Assembly (NCBI RefSeq): GCF_006345805.1
Contig: NC_042999.1
Location: 172,856,001-172,920,000, forward strand
Direction of reading: 5' to 3'
Source: Octopus sinensis
Lineage: Eukaryota
DNA: 64,000 nucleotides
Within the stretch, counting starts at the first letter, position 1; each line of letters begins with the position of its first letter. The notes beneath the pieces are model-generated. The model was not told the origin of the DNA, made no database searches, and saw only the letters and a program-made list of their open reading frames with translations. This document shows, piece by piece, positions 1-13,692 of the stretch. The position numbers and the translations under genes were made by a program.

Positions 1-229
1 TACTGATGTAGAATGAATCTGGATTCAAAAAGTGTAATCACAAAATGAAAGTACTAAAAAACATTTTTTTCGGTCGCTCTTTCGTTTGTATTCAATGGCT
101 AAACTTGGCCAAGTAAGTGCAGAAAAATTGAAACAAAAGACACTGTTCATTATATAATGGATCATTATTTTGCGAAAGTACAAATCTTTACATTGAAATA
201 TAGCAAAATACTCTAAAGCGTAGTCTTTT

Positions 230-500
230 ACTATTTACTTGCTTCAGTCATTGCAATGCGGCAATATTGGGGCACTGATTTGAAATATTTGGTTAGATAA
301 ATCGAACCCAGTCTGATACTTATTCTATTGTTCTCTTTTAACGAATCGCAAGATACAGGAAAATAAAGAAAATTACACGATTGTCATAGGGTGATGGGAC
401 ACACATTCACGGACAGCAATACGCACTGTCTCTCTCCCTTTCTCTTTCCCTCTCTCACACACATACACACAAACAACAGGATGGATTTCCACACACCTTC
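230..500 (-). mobile_element. Degenerate SINE 3' part
   Basis: Resembles, in reverse, the tail at 55965-56083 (tttacttgcttcagtcattg...gcggcaatattggggcac...aaatcgaaccc) and the fragment at 18128-18295. Confidence 0.45.
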
Positions 501-1920
501 CAGATACTTTTTAGGCTTTAGATTTTCCATCAATATAATACGGGTTTGTCCAACGTGTCGCACAGTTGGAATATCTCGAAACCACGCAGTGGTTGCGAAG
601 TGAGATGAGCTTCTTAATAATACAACCATACATGCACCTATGTCACAAATTTTAAAATTTTATATAATTGCTTTTTTTATTACGTTAAAGAGAAAATAAT
701 ATATTTAATTTACCTTATAATTTATCATACGATATCCTCTTCATCCTCTTTCTCTGCACCATCTTCTATTTTTTTTATTTTTGCATGCATTTTATTACAG
801 AGTTGTTGTGAAAAATTCAACTCCATTCAAATGATGTCTTCTAGTAAAGATCTAGATGTTATTATAACACTTAACGTGGGCTTTTTCAAACTGATATAAT
901 TATTACTAATAATATTCTTAAGTCGTTTCAACATCTTCTGAGCAATAAGACATTAAAGGAAGGTCAATAACAAATTTTAGCAATAAGCTGCACCGATATT
1001 CATCAACATATTTTTGCTATTTCAAACAAAAAATGTTAAGGCATTTTTCTGAATTATGAGTTTCATGTTGCAATATCAAATTCTTACATGTTTTTTATAT
1101 TTCAGTTTCCATAGAGTTAGTAATTTTCTTACAAATTTGCTAATATGTTCATAAAGTTCATCATTGGAAAATGTCAGCTAATACCAGAAAGGATTTAGCC
1201 TTTCCTCAATAATATCCATAAACTCCAAAGCCTCAAGCAACTCTAAAAATAATTCACATGATGAAAACTGCTGAAACGTAGATTTTGAAAGGCAAGCATA
1301 AATTTTAAGATGTTTACTCAGAAGTTAGCAGTTAGCAGTTAGTTTTTCATTCAAGTATCATAATATCCAGCTTACACATTTCTATGACGGTAGTAGTTTC
1401 AACTTGTGTCAACAAGTATATATTTTCATCTAAAGCATACGATAATTCAGTGTATAATAACTAATCAGATGAGAAAAGTGTAGGTTACTTTGGGTCTGAT
1501 GTCACTTCTAATTTGGACAAACATCCGTAATGAGGTCGTATAAATTACCAGAGACAACATTTACTAACTCTTGTTCTGCAATAAATTCGCAGAGTTTAAC
1601 ATTACCAGCTGTCGTTAATGCTGAGTAAATCAAGGATTGGTCAGAATCCGTAAAATTAATTGCTTTTTAAATATATTTTGTGAATGTTTATATTCCTAAG
1701 TTTCTCTATATTGCTTGACTTTCAGTTTAACTTAAAATAATAATGATTTTACGACAGCGTAATTTGCGGAAGCATTCATTTGAGTTGTATATACTGACAT
1801 GCCAGGTAGAAAATTCTTCACGCGTTAACTTATATGTCACTTTTCTTTAACACACTCTTATACAGACACACAGTCACACACACAGAGGCAGGCAGACAAA
1901 CAGACACATACACACACAGA

Positions 1921-1960
<40 letters not shown>

Positions 1961-2090
1961 GGAGCACTCCGTCGGTTGCAACGACGAGGGTCCCAGCTGA
2001 TACGATCAACGGAACAGCTTGCTCGTGAAATTAACGTGTAAGTGGCTGAGCACTCCACAAACACGTGTACCCATAACGTAATTCTCGGGG
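1961..2090 (-). mobile_element. SINE fragment next to (CA)n/(TA)n
   Basis: GC-rich block ggagcactccgtcggttgcaacgacgagggtcccagctgatacgatcaacggaacagc...gctgagcactccac, recognised from memory as a common octopus interspersed repeat. Confidence 0.55.
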
Positions 2091-3479
2091 ATATTTTTCA
2101 ATTGGAAAGCCTTTAATGGATGTATATTCCAGTATTTTCGCTAAAGTTCTAACAGATTTTTCTATAGTGATCGCTATGGGCAAGGAGAATTATCAGGCCA
2201 CATTTTTCTCATGTACTTCTTTAGCAGGAGTAAACAGTATAGTTCTCTGTTAAGCCTGCGAAGTCGTACATGGATTTCTCCAGAGCAGCTCACACCAAAT
2301 TTCAGCTGACAAGGACTATTTCTTGCCGCTGTCCTGTAAAAGTCTGATTAAGAATATTTAAACCTAATCACATTGACAACTTTCTAATCACATTGCCGAC
2401 TTTCTATTCAGTCATTCTAAAACATTGGAAATTTATAAAGTCGATCCATATGTGCATATCTCGGCAACATCTTCGCAACGGCATCTAAGTAGCCAAGGAC
2501 ACTAGCTATTTCACAACAGCTGATGGAAATAGACCCCAGTCTATTGAGAACTACTATAAAGCCTTACTACTCCACATCATTTGAACCTTAGAATGTACTC
2601 ACTCATAAAGTAGCAATACCGAGCCTGATAATGGTTCAGGGCATGTCCATCATAATAGACTGTACTCTTTATTCGACAGTTCTTGTGTTAGAACTATCTT
2701 ATTCTGTGCTTCCTTATTCATTCAGATGTTATGATGTCGTTGGAAAGCAATTTGCGTACTACATTCATCAGTTGGGTTGCGGTGTAGGGATATCCTTGGT
2801 AGCAGTCAGTTTAGAAGTTTGAGGAAATTATACAAAGCCTTGTCAGCAAAGTGAATCGCTGAACTGCATAGTCTTTTTAGTTACAAGAATATATCCAGAG
2901 TTTAGCAATCTGGACAACTTCAACAACTTCAGAATTGATACAACAACGGTGTATGGGCTATTGGTATATATTCCCTGTAGTATGGGATGTAAAGGAACAT
3001 TTTTATAACAACTTTTCTTGTATTTGTTGTAGTTACACAACAGAATGATTAATAGAAAATTATTAAATTATTCTTTATTATTTCAATTCTTTAAGTATGT
3101 GTGCTACAAATAACTATCTACACTTTTCATTACTTCCATCGAAGAGATCCAACGTTCCATTGATCTACAAACGTCTCACATTTTTTCTTAAGGTGCATAG
3201 TTTAATATCCAATCATATTCACAATGCACGATTTCTGATACTAAGATCACAGTGTAATTTGATGCTGATGTCAAGGTAAATAATGAATGAATTTCCCTTA
3301 TGGTCAGAAGGAGAAATTTAACACCTTTTCGTACAGAGTAAATAATGGAATTCTATTTCTCCCCACTGTAATGCTTAAAATTGTTTTCCTTGTTACTACC
3401 ATATTGTAAGACTTCATTGTGGCTTTATACCACCATTGTGGTTTTATGAGTTAAGACGACACTTCCCTCTAATTCTAGT

Positions 3480-3605
3480 AACGACAATCTGAATGTTAAA
3501 GAGAAGCGTATCTTTGGTGATCTTTTGTCATCAGATGAAATAAAGTTTTGCTTGAGCGGATTTTACATCACGAACAACATATTTTGTGGTAGACGAGCTC
3601 ATTAG
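3480..3605 (+). mobile_element. Decayed Tc1/mariner transposase fragment
   Basis: Translates to IFGDLLSSDEIKFCLSGFYITNNIFCG, resembling the first catalytic-Asp motif (IFSDEaxFhLsG.vn.qN.riWg). Confidence 0.35.
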
Positions 3606-3949
3606 AAACACCATGTAACGCTTCGGAAAAAACACAAAGCAATATTGAAATTAAAAATAGGCATCATCTGACATCCAGACGAATATCCTAACAATGTCAT
3701 TAGATATAGACACAATATATGCATCATTTAATAACTAAATAAGTAAATTATATCATTTGAGAAATCACACTTCAGTCTACTAAAACTGCATTCACTGATG
3801 AGAGATAAGTATTTCCTTATTCGGACATTAGTATCTAAGCGACTAAGATCAGATTATCTTCATTAGAGTCACTGAGCATGATTTACAACTACGTATTTTA
3901 CGGAGTTACAATAGTAGTCGACATTGCCATCTCTCCCCACATCGTTCTC

Positions 3950-3960
3950 TCAGTCTCTCT

Positions 3961-3995
<35 letters not shown>

Positions 3996-4018
3996 TTCTC
4001 CTCGTCTCTCTTACTCTT

Positions 4019-4059
<41 letters not shown>
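3950..4059. repeat. (CT)n plus (TA)n microsatellite
   Basis: Directly visible. Confidence 0.95.
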
Positions 4060-4061
<2 letters not shown>

Positions 4062-5388
4062 TTATAGTTATGCACATACTTGTATTTATGTGTGTGGTTG
4101 TATAGGCGGGTATTTTTAATTAAATAAAACTATTTTCACAAACCAATTAACTTTCTAAAAATAATTATTATTCCTGAATTATTTGTTCATCGATTAAATT
4201 TTAACGGAAATTAAAACTGACTCAGGAAAAATTAACTCAGTTTACAGAACGTTCAGCGAAAAACTAATGATTACATAAGTGTGTTCATGCGTGTATGTGT
4301 GTGTGTGTATGTGCGTGTATGTGTATAGACATACATGCACACAAGTGTGTAAATGAGTTGTGTATGTTAGCTACTAACGTCAGCCTATATAACTTCATCA
4401 TTATCGGTATGCATGTGTAGGTTTGGTATATGCGTAACTATTTCTGTTTGTCTCAATTAATGGTTCCGAGTGTGTCAATGTTAGAGCTAAAATTTAATGT
4501 TTGTATACGGTTATATATATATATGTTTGTATGTATGGAGAAGTGCAAGTGTATTGGTATATGGGCCCCCTAGTTTATTTGTTTATTTATGTATATGTAT
4601 AAAATTTTCTGTGCGAAAATTGTGTGTTTTGACATGTACATCTGCGTAAAGTTGATTCTGCTTTTCTCTGATTTAAACTGACACTTGTTCACTTGAGCGT
4701 AGATTTGGTCAAATTTTTATAATCGAATATTTGCAATAAAAATATTTTATGGAAAGAAATCTAGAATATGGACAAAATTAACTGACATTTTCTCTTTCCT
4801 TTAAACATGTTATTTTCCTTTTTGTAAAACTAGGATTGATTGCAGTAGGAATGTAGAATTGTTATTTGCTAAAGGGTTTCTCGCAGTCAGGGTTTAGCTT
4901 ATTCAATACGTTACTACAACTAAAATTCACAAATACTACATATCAAAGAATGAGTGAAAGAAGAGTAATATATCGCTGCTATCTATTTCATTCTATAAAT
5001 ATTTTTGCATATATATAGATTGCAGTTCCATTAGAGTTAGGGTCAATAAAGTATTCCATCCAGATAGTGTTAAATATCATTTAAGATACACAATTTACAA
5101 AAGAACTACAACTAGTTTTCTTGTTTAGAGATACAATAAATTCGCAGATTTATATGGCATGCCATATATCTGCAAAAAACCTTTCAGAATCGGTGCGTAT
5201 CATAAATGTATTTCAAAAACAAAAACACTGCCTATAAGAAAACATGAGAACAAAAAAACACGCGAAGATGGTTGATGCAAAAAGCGAAACGTGAAGAAAG
5301 AAAAGGAAGAGAACAGACATTCGTCTTCTTAGTCTATATAAATCAAAATTAATCTATCTTGTATGGAACAATATAAGCTACTTCTTCT

Positions 5389-5393
5389 GTATG

Positions 5394-5439
<46 letters not shown>

Positions 5440-5584
5440 TATAATATATACATATATATATATATAATATATATATATATAATATATATATATATTATAT
5501 ATATATACATATATACATATATATATACATATATATATATACATATATACATATATATATATATACATATATATATACATATAC

Positions 5585-5634
<50 letters not shown>

Positions 5635-5670
5635 GGTATATATATATAGTATATATATATAGTATTTATA

Positions 5671-5714
<44 letters not shown>

Positions 5715-5756
5715 AGTATATATATATAATATAGTATATATATATATAGATATATA

Positions 5757-5797
<41 letters not shown>
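5389..5797. repeat. Long imperfect (TA)n microsatellite
   Basis: Directly visible. Confidence 0.97.
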
Positions 5798-5800
<3 letters not shown>

Positions 5801-5913
5801 TTAAAATACTAAGGATGAATATTGAATAGTAATTTGATTTATATCAATTCAAAACCAGTGGTTTAGCATATAGAAAAATCTGAATTGTCAGAAAAAATTG
5901 TAATACATACATA

Positions 5914-6030
5914 TACGAGGGATGACCAATAAGTGGACATCCATATGCAAGAAGTCGACTATGATTCAACAGTGTGCAATGATCCTATTCCGTCATGCGC
6001 TGTAGTGCTGATATGTTGCAAGTAGTAGAA
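5914..6030 (+). mobile_element. Possible mariner terminal fragment
   Basis: TA-CGAGGGATGACCAATAAGT resembles mariner TIR starts; no partner TIR found. Confidence 0.3.
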
Positions 6031-7609
6031 TTTATATAAGTTTGTTTCAGTGGTCTGATAAACACTAGGATTTTTTATTGAATATTAAAGTCACTATCAC
6101 TCATTCTAATAACCCATTATTTTATAATCTATTTTCTGCATAATACTCCAAAATCATTTTACTACTATGTTGCAACTTAGCCGCACGCCTCAAACGTTTT
6201 GAAATCCGCTAGCATCCCTTCAATTTGCTTCACATTCTGAAAATTACAACGCCACCACTAACATTTATTGCCAATATATTTGTCCTTGATATTTTCTCTT
6301 TCTCTCACTGATTACAGTTTGTATATAACTTAATATCACTTGGCACTTCTTGGATAAGACTGATTTTCCCGAAACATATTCTTCAAAGAATAAAATGCAT
6401 ACCACAGTTGGAACCGTCATATATACTTTGTTAAATACCTGAAAACTCCTTTCATTCCGAACAGCAAGTGAACAGAAAAATGGGCTGCATATATGATCGA
6501 CATTGCCAATTATCCAGCGACTAAATTAACCGAAACTATATGAAATCAATCAATTGATTTTTACTTCATTTAATTAAACATAAATTAGAAAAGATTTGAA
6601 TTACAGTAGGGCCTTCAGATGGTATAGAAGTGATTGTAAATATATTCGTAATAATAGAAACAGATCAAATTAAAGACAATACTTGATATTGGAACTACAT
6701 CGATATAAGATCTTATATCAATGAGAGTGCCGTTAAACTAACGATTTACCCATTATTCTTCCTCGATGAGGAATTACAAACCAGATACATCGCTATCGTT
6801 CATTTCTATTTGATTATACCTCACACCGAAATTAACAACAATAACTTCACATCATAAAGCATATCAATTGTATAATTATTATAAACGCAAATGCACAACA
6901 AATAAATATATAGCGATGAAACATTGACCATGATATATAAATACGATTAATTACTTTAAATATGAGACATATTACACTTGGCTACTCATAATATTATAAT
7001 GGAAATATTATGTGAGAAAGCGTAATGACAAAAGTTCGATTTACGTTTGTGTGGCTACATTGGTGTAGATCTGTACAAGAATGCTAAAATCTACATTTAT
7101 AGATGGAGATGTGATAAAGATTCAGGCAAAGCGGCTTTTGAATTTGATAGAGAGCAAAACATTTCTATCACTATAAATCAATGCAGCGACTGACGCAGGT
7201 TTTAATAGGATTCACGTAAAATCCATTTGATTATCAGCAGCCATTATAACTTTTGTCCAGTTCTTTCCTATCTATTAAATCATGTTTGCAAAATCGTACC
7301 CTCGCGAAGACCTTATATATGCAAACATCAATCATTAATAATGGGGCTTCTCTAGCCCCATAACATATAGCTTTGAATGTACATCACCTTTGGCGAAGTG
7401 TATCTGTAAAGGTCATATTGCAAACACGGCTTAATAATCCTATTGAAGACAGTACTTAGAAAAGCAGAATTAAAATAAAATAAATTTAGGAAGATTTCGT
7501 TCCAATTACAGAAAAGCTTCCCGCAGTTTTCTTTTTCCTTTTCTGTTTTGCAATTATTAACTAGCTTCAATTTTAAAAAACGAATTTACTTTTTTAAACT
7601 AGTTTATCT

Positions 7610-7860
7610 GAATACCTACTTAGCTTTTCTACTAGGTCTTCTACATTTACGATGGCATTTATTTCTACTAGGTTTTGCAGGACGCACTGCTCGAGCTCTA
7701 CATTTCTTCTAGGCTGAGGCTCGTCTTCTGAGCTGTGGTTTCTGGCTCAGAATTTTTGAAGTCACAGTTGACACTGGCTTATGATTATTGTCCGATCTTC
7801 ATATATTGCATTAATATTTCTCGCAATTTCTATTGCGTTGTTGCCTTTGCCACTTCCAAT
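7610..7860 (-). mobile_element. Mariner transposase N-terminal HTH remnant
   Basis: Minus translation GKGNNAIEIARNINAIYEDRTIIISQCQL*LQKF*ARNHSSEDEPQPRRNVELEQCVLQNLVEINAIVNVEDLVEK matches the mariner HTH-EDxPRxGR-HTH layout; in-frame stops. Confidence 0.85.
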
Positions 7861-8027
7861 ATAGCATTGAAAAAATAACACTGTTAAAATCGAACTGCGC
7901 TCTTTAAAACTTGCACTGACAGTAAGCCAAGGTAAAATTACCATCTGCTTTTATAGCAAGTTGATGCAGGTAGTTTATCCCGTCCCCCTCCTGCTTTTAG
8001 TTCATGCAATTGAAAAAACTGCATTAT

Positions 8028-8032
8028 TTGTG

Positions 8033-8091
<59 letters not shown>
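8028..8091. repeat. (TG)n microsatellite
   Basis: Directly visible. Confidence 0.95.
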
Positions 8092-8095
<4 letters not shown>

Positions 8096-9062
8096 GCATT
8101 GAAGCCTTAATAGCTGTCACAGACATTAGAAATCTTTATATTCTTTGATTCGGCACCTTGTTGGCTTCGTAATATGGACTAAACTTTTAACTTAATTTAG
8201 TAAAATTTACTTGTTTTGGTGCATAAGGTCTTTCGTGGGAATTAATGCTGTTTTCTTTCTGTTGGTTAATTGACGAAAGTTTCTTCATCCCATCTGCTCT
8301 CACGCGAAACGCAAGATCTCGAGATGACTAAATTTTTGATCTTAACTATACATTAAACTTTAAAGAATTTTGTAAATCTCTATAAAATTTTCATTTTGCA
8401 TTCAATGTACGACTATCAGATCTCTCAGATGTGCTATTTAGTCACACATACCATTCTATCACCTTCTTACTATCCTCTAAATTAGCAATATGCATAATAT
8501 TGCCTCTCAGAATCCCATGCTAAAACTATTCTGTCCACATTATTGTGAAGATTTTATTTGTAATTGAAAATCCGGTTATCTGGAACCACCTCCATACGAA
8601 TTAGATTAAAGAAACTCACGCTTATCACTACATTGGAATGGTCTGTGAGGATTATGAACCCTGAGATTTACGATTAAATAAGTATTTATAAAGAAAGCTA
8701 GAGCTCACGTATTTAGAGAAATATATGATCATACGAGCACTCGAAAATTATTTCAATACAGAAAGATAACATTTGACCCAACCGATATATGTATTTGAAG
8801 GGAGATGAACATAATTAGACTACGACAGTAAAACATAAAGCTCGACACACTGCCGAGTGTGCTGTCTTACTCATTTTTCTTTTTAAATTTCTTTTAAGTA
8901 GCTTCACCTCTCTACATTTTGCTACACATAGCATCCAAGCAAACCAACGACACAGCCTCTGAGTATTTCCTACGATGTGCTGTAGAAATTTCTTAGTTTT
9001 GAGTAAAAGAAAATATAGAAAGATCAGTTAATTAAAATTTTATTCAATATATTCCCGTCTGA

Positions 9063-9449
9063 AAAGGCGGAGAGCTGGCAGAAACGTTAGCACGTCGGAC
9101 GAAATGCGTAGCCGTATTTCGTCTGCCGTTACGTTGTGAGTTCAAATTCCGCCGTGGTCGACTTTGCCTTTCATCCTTTCGGGGTCGATAAATTAAGTAC
9201 CAGTTACGCACTGGGGTCGATGTAATCGACTTAATACCTATGTCTGTCCTTGTTTGTCCCCTCTATGTTTAGCCCCTTGTGGGCAATAAGGAAATAGGTA
9301 TTTCGTCTGCCGTTACGTACTGAGTTCAAATTCCGCCGAGGTCGACAAATTAAGCACCAGTTACGCACTGGGGTCGATATAATCGACTAAAACCTGTTTG
9401 TCCTTGTTTGTCGGCTCTATGTTTAGCCCCTTGTGGGCAATAGAGAAAT
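9063..9449 (+). mobile_element. tRNA-derived SINE family A, dimeric body
   Basis: Head ggcggagagctggcagaaacgttagc; B-box-like gagttcaaattcc; core cctttcatcctttcggggtcgataaattaagtacc; body repeated from ~9297. 16-bp TSD atatattcccgYctga at 9047-9062 and 9450-9465. Confidence 0.9.
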
Positions 9450-9919
9450 ATATATTCCCGCCTGAGATTCACTTACTTATTGCAGTGCTCCTTCAGTTTT
9501 TCTAAGCCCTGCAAAAGAACTCGGAAGTTTGGGCCCCCAAACTTGACTTTCGCAACAACTTTAACCAGGAACTTTTCAGCATGCCCTCGTAGTTATTTCA
9601 AAAGTCACATTTAAACCCCATAAAAGGTGATAAGGTATCAAATTTGAAAAATCAAGTCAGAATTTGACGAAATTACTGCATATAATCACTATTAAACACC
9701 TTTGTTGGGTAAAATAAATATCCAAAAGCATTTAATAAGATGTGTTTTATCAGAATATTAGCTGTATAGTTTATATTTACCATAGCCTGTTTATATAAAC
9801 TATACCGTGTATATTTACCATGGCCTATAAGGTAACCTACACCATAAGATTCAACAGTTGCGCGAGTCACATAACTGCTGTTTATTGTGCTTATATTTTG
9901 GAATATTTGTGATGTTGTA

Positions 9920-10558
9920 TGGCGATAAGCTAGGAGAATTGTTAGCCGGTCGAGAAAAACGTTTCGTGCCATTTCGTCAGCCTTTATTTCGAGTTCAAAT
10001 TCCGCCAAGGTTCACTTTGCTTCCCATCCTTTCGGGCACTATAAAATAAGTACCACTTGAGCAATGGGGTCGGTGTAATCTATTTCTTTACTACCCAGAA
10101 GGGGCTAAACACAGAGGGGACAAAAAAGGACAGACAAACGGATTAAGTCGATTGTATCGACCTCAGTGCGTAACTGATACTTAATTTATCGACCCCGAAA
10201 AGATGAAAGGCAAAATCGACCTCGGCTGAATTTGAACTCAGAACGTAACGGCAGACGAAATACCTATTTCTATTTCTTTACTACCCACAGGGGGTACAAA
10301 CAAGGACAGACAAACGGATTAAGTCAATTATATCGACCCAGTGTGGAACTGGTACTTAATTTATCGACCCCGAAAGGATGAAAGGCAAAGTCGACCTCGG
10401 CGGAATTTGAACTCAGAACGTAACGGCAGACGAAATACGGCTACGCACTTCGCCCAGCGTGCTAACGTTTCTGCCAACTCGCTGCCTTTTGAGTCGGTGT
10501 AATCTACTCAACACGTTCACTGAACTTGATGACCTTGAGCCAAAATATGAAACCAATG
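9920..10558 (+). mobile_element. Older family A SINE interrupted by a younger antisense copy
   Basis: Diverged head and core at 9920-10082; tail resumes at 10507-10558 (gaccttgagccaaaatatgaaacc). Confidence 0.75.
10083..10490 (-). mobile_element. SINE family A, dimeric, nested insertion
   Basis: Reverse-complement homologue of the 9063-9449 element; 14-bp TSD gtcggtgtaatcta at 10069-10082 and 10493-10506. Confidence 0.9.
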
Positions 10559-12720
10559 TTTGTTATATTCTCGATCAGTAGTTCTACAGCGTTTTCCATT
10601 AATCGACTCCTCCATGACATTTCATTTCCATATGCTTAGCGATGATTTTTTTTTTTAATCTTCAATGTAAAGTAAGGCAGAGTAATTTCAATTTTAAGTT
10701 TTGCGAAACTATAACTCGGTGGCAAACAATCCTTGGCATTTAGAAATTTATGTAGAAGCTAAAATAGTTGGACATATGGCTTATCTATCATCACCATATA
10801 TATTTCTTATTATACATTATTTCACTTAGTAACTCGATAGGGTAATTAAAGTTTGGATTTGGAGAAATTTGAACATTATTTGTAACGTATAGGAGACACA
10901 CAAATATGTATTAAAAGTTCAACAGTAACTGGTGTTCAAATCTAATATATAAATTAACCCAGTAACACTGCAGAATATTTGATTATGATGCATTATTCTA
11001 TATAGTTTATATATGTTTATATTTTGAGAAAAAAGCAGAAATTAGCTTTCAACTTAATTAGAGGTAATTATTTGGAATATATATATATATATCGGAAATA
11101 GAAACTAAATACATACTTTTCTCATTATTCACGTTTCAAATCAGATAATCAAAAGATAACATGCTAATTATGATCAACATCAAGACTTTTTCCTACACAC
11201 AATCAATGGCACTGAGAAATTCGGTTCATTAATTATTCGTGATTGATTGAAAAGCTAGCTTCAATGACGAGGTTAGAAATATGTATGGGTGTGCAAAAGT
11301 CGAAAATGATTAATTTGACCAATTTCCCCACAAATGTCTTTGTACATACTGTATAGCAATTAAGCGTTCAATCTAACATTTAATTTGACAGGATCTTACC
11401 ATTTATTCGTCTCACTTTGGGCGGTTTGCTCCTCACCTCAACCTCCTACAGAAGTGGAAAAGTGAAAATACTGGTCATTTTATTTCAACATTTTCATTTC
11501 AGTTATTTTTTGTTAAACCCGTAATCAGCCGTGACTGCCCTGTGATGACTAAAGGCATTTCAGTTGCGACCATCCTGGCTTTCCATTCTGCAAAGTTTCC
11601 TAAATTTAAGACATATGCATTGAACTATGGACTTACTTCGTTCACTCAAGTTGAGTGTATATATAGAGACCGTCTTAGCTGCCGGTGGATTTTCCGTTGC
11701 AGCATCGGTATTGTAGCACCTATGAGAATGTCTGTGTTAGTATATTAAAGGGAGGTTTCATCTTGGTTTATAAACATGTAATTGGATTAGATCATGGTTT
11801 CATACACTAAAAGCCCGAGTAATTTTAAAAGCTCACGATTCTAAACTTCGAGCAATAGTAGGCTTCTGGAATTTTTCTGTAAATACAATAATTGGCAATT
11901 ACGCACACAGTCAATTACCGTTCACCTTAAAATTACAGAGCATTCACCAACCATTAATCAATCCTATTCCTAAAGAAACTCAGTATAATTATAGCAAAGC
12001 TTTATATTCAACAATGTTTTACAAACAAATGCTAATACATTTGCTTGTAAAAGTAAATGAACCCCTTCCGTTTAGTATAATGAAGAGCAACGCAAATTTG
12101 CTTAATGTGACAATTTTGCAAGAGGAAACATCACAGTGAATGATATCGTAGATCATACCTCAAATCGATGTAATCTAAATGTTTAAAATTCGAAACCTCA
12201 GTCCTACCCACAATATATAAACTGAATAATGTACTTTTTAAATAGCTGAAACTAATATTCTTTCAGAGAAAAGAAAATCCTTCGAAAGGATTAGATAGTG
12301 ATATGCCTGAACTAGAAAAAGAAACCTATATCCAATCTGGATAATCTTTTAATTAGCATTGATGTGGAGTAAGAGACAGAATAGAAGGAACTCAGGTTTC
12401 AAGTAAAACCTTTTTATTTCAAGCCCAAGCCATGTAATCGTGAATTGTCGGGAGAATACTCACTACAATATTTTAAATCATGTAGCGGATGACTGAAGTG
12501 TTCATAAATAGCTTACAAAGTACTACTTGTTTCCACGTCTAATGTATTCAACAATTAAATTAGTAAATGATTTCTATTTCCGCTTGATGAAATTTGAAAA
12601 GAAATTTTAGTCACCTGATGCATAACGGGAGACACCGAATCTGCCCCTCCCGGTCAAAAGATTTAGTACCATCGTGTACAGTAAAATAATTCATATGGGC
12701 CTATTGCTTTTTGTTCATTT

Positions 12721-12900
12721 TCTATTATATAAAATCCGTTCTGTCTGCCTGTGTGTGTTTTCTAGGATCTCGAGCATCCTCCATCCGATTGCGCTCAAAT
12801 TTGATAAGTAGATACAGAGCGTCTATAAGTCTTGCAAAAATGACGTACGCGAGGAAAATGTACGTGCAGTTTGCGCAAAAAATGCCAGCTGTCTTGAAAT
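12721..12900 (+). mobile_element. Helitron-like 5' terminal fragment
   Basis: Begins TCTATTATATAAAATCCGTTCTGTCTG, then GATCTCGAG...CCGATTGCGCTCAAATTTG, the layout of invertebrate non-autonomous Helitron 5' ends. No 3' hairpin/CTRR end identified. Confidence 0.5.
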
Positions 12901-13686
12901 AATGCGGCAAAATGCAGTATATTAAAGAGACTAAACATGTAAGATGCAAAAGAGATATTTTCTTCAAACTTGGCATGAAAGAAAGAAAGACTATTTGGTT
13001 TCTCAAGAAGGTTTTTTTTTCTTACCTTCACTTCGTTTAACAAAACCAAAAATTTTATTGCAATAAAGGCATGCTTAATTACTTTTTAATGAAAAGAAAA
13101 CACTAATTGCTTTTCATTCAGCAGATAGGATTCAGAACCGTTCATTGGACTGGGGGCATTTTGCTCGTGAATGTATAAATAGCAGAGTGACGAACATTTA
13201 AAGACGCAGTATCCTGTCGAAAATAAGCATAGTTACCGTTAAAATGTGGTATCTTACATGATGTTTATAGTTGGCTTATGGTTCTTAGATACCCACTCCA
13301 ACACTTTAAGAGCTGGTTGACAAATTGGTCTCGGGTTATATTTTCACATGGAATGATACTAAAACATTAACCTGATGATAAATCTCTAACATTTCAATAA
13401 ATATTTTACTGTCTCTCCAAATTAAATCTAATCTTTTGTCGTAGATTAATATTGAAGTTTATTTAAACCCTTTTAATGAAATAGTGTATCTATTGTTACA
13501 AGCGTATAAGAACAAAAACGATGTTTCGACCAATATAATTGGATCAATTTTTTAAATACTGATTAAGTATACAGCTATACCCCGGAAATCATTTAAATTT
13601 TGTACAATTTAAAAATTGTATAACGTGACCATTATTACAATACCAACATAGAAAGGCCTGTTTAGTATGAGCGAGCGATATCAGAT

Positions 13687-13692
13687 TTTATT
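13687..13692 (-). promoter_or_regulatory. Putative polyadenylation signal of HMG gene
   Basis: AATAAA on the minus strand ~240 nt after the stop codon, followed further downstream by GT-rich TGTTGGTATTGT. Confidence 0.45.

Noticed and set aside
3795-3835. CTGATGA followed by a short stem
   Set aside because: GAAA is absent (GGAC) and stems I and III do not form.
5329-5586. YI/IY-, HT-, N- and I-rich ORFs here and at 22.3-22.8, 24.8-25.3, 29.8-30.1, 42-43.8, 47, 52 and 61 kb
   Set aside because: Translations of microsatellites.
12725-13006. 93-aa ORF with hydrophobic segments
   Set aside because: Non-ATG start and overlaps a Helitron-like repeat.
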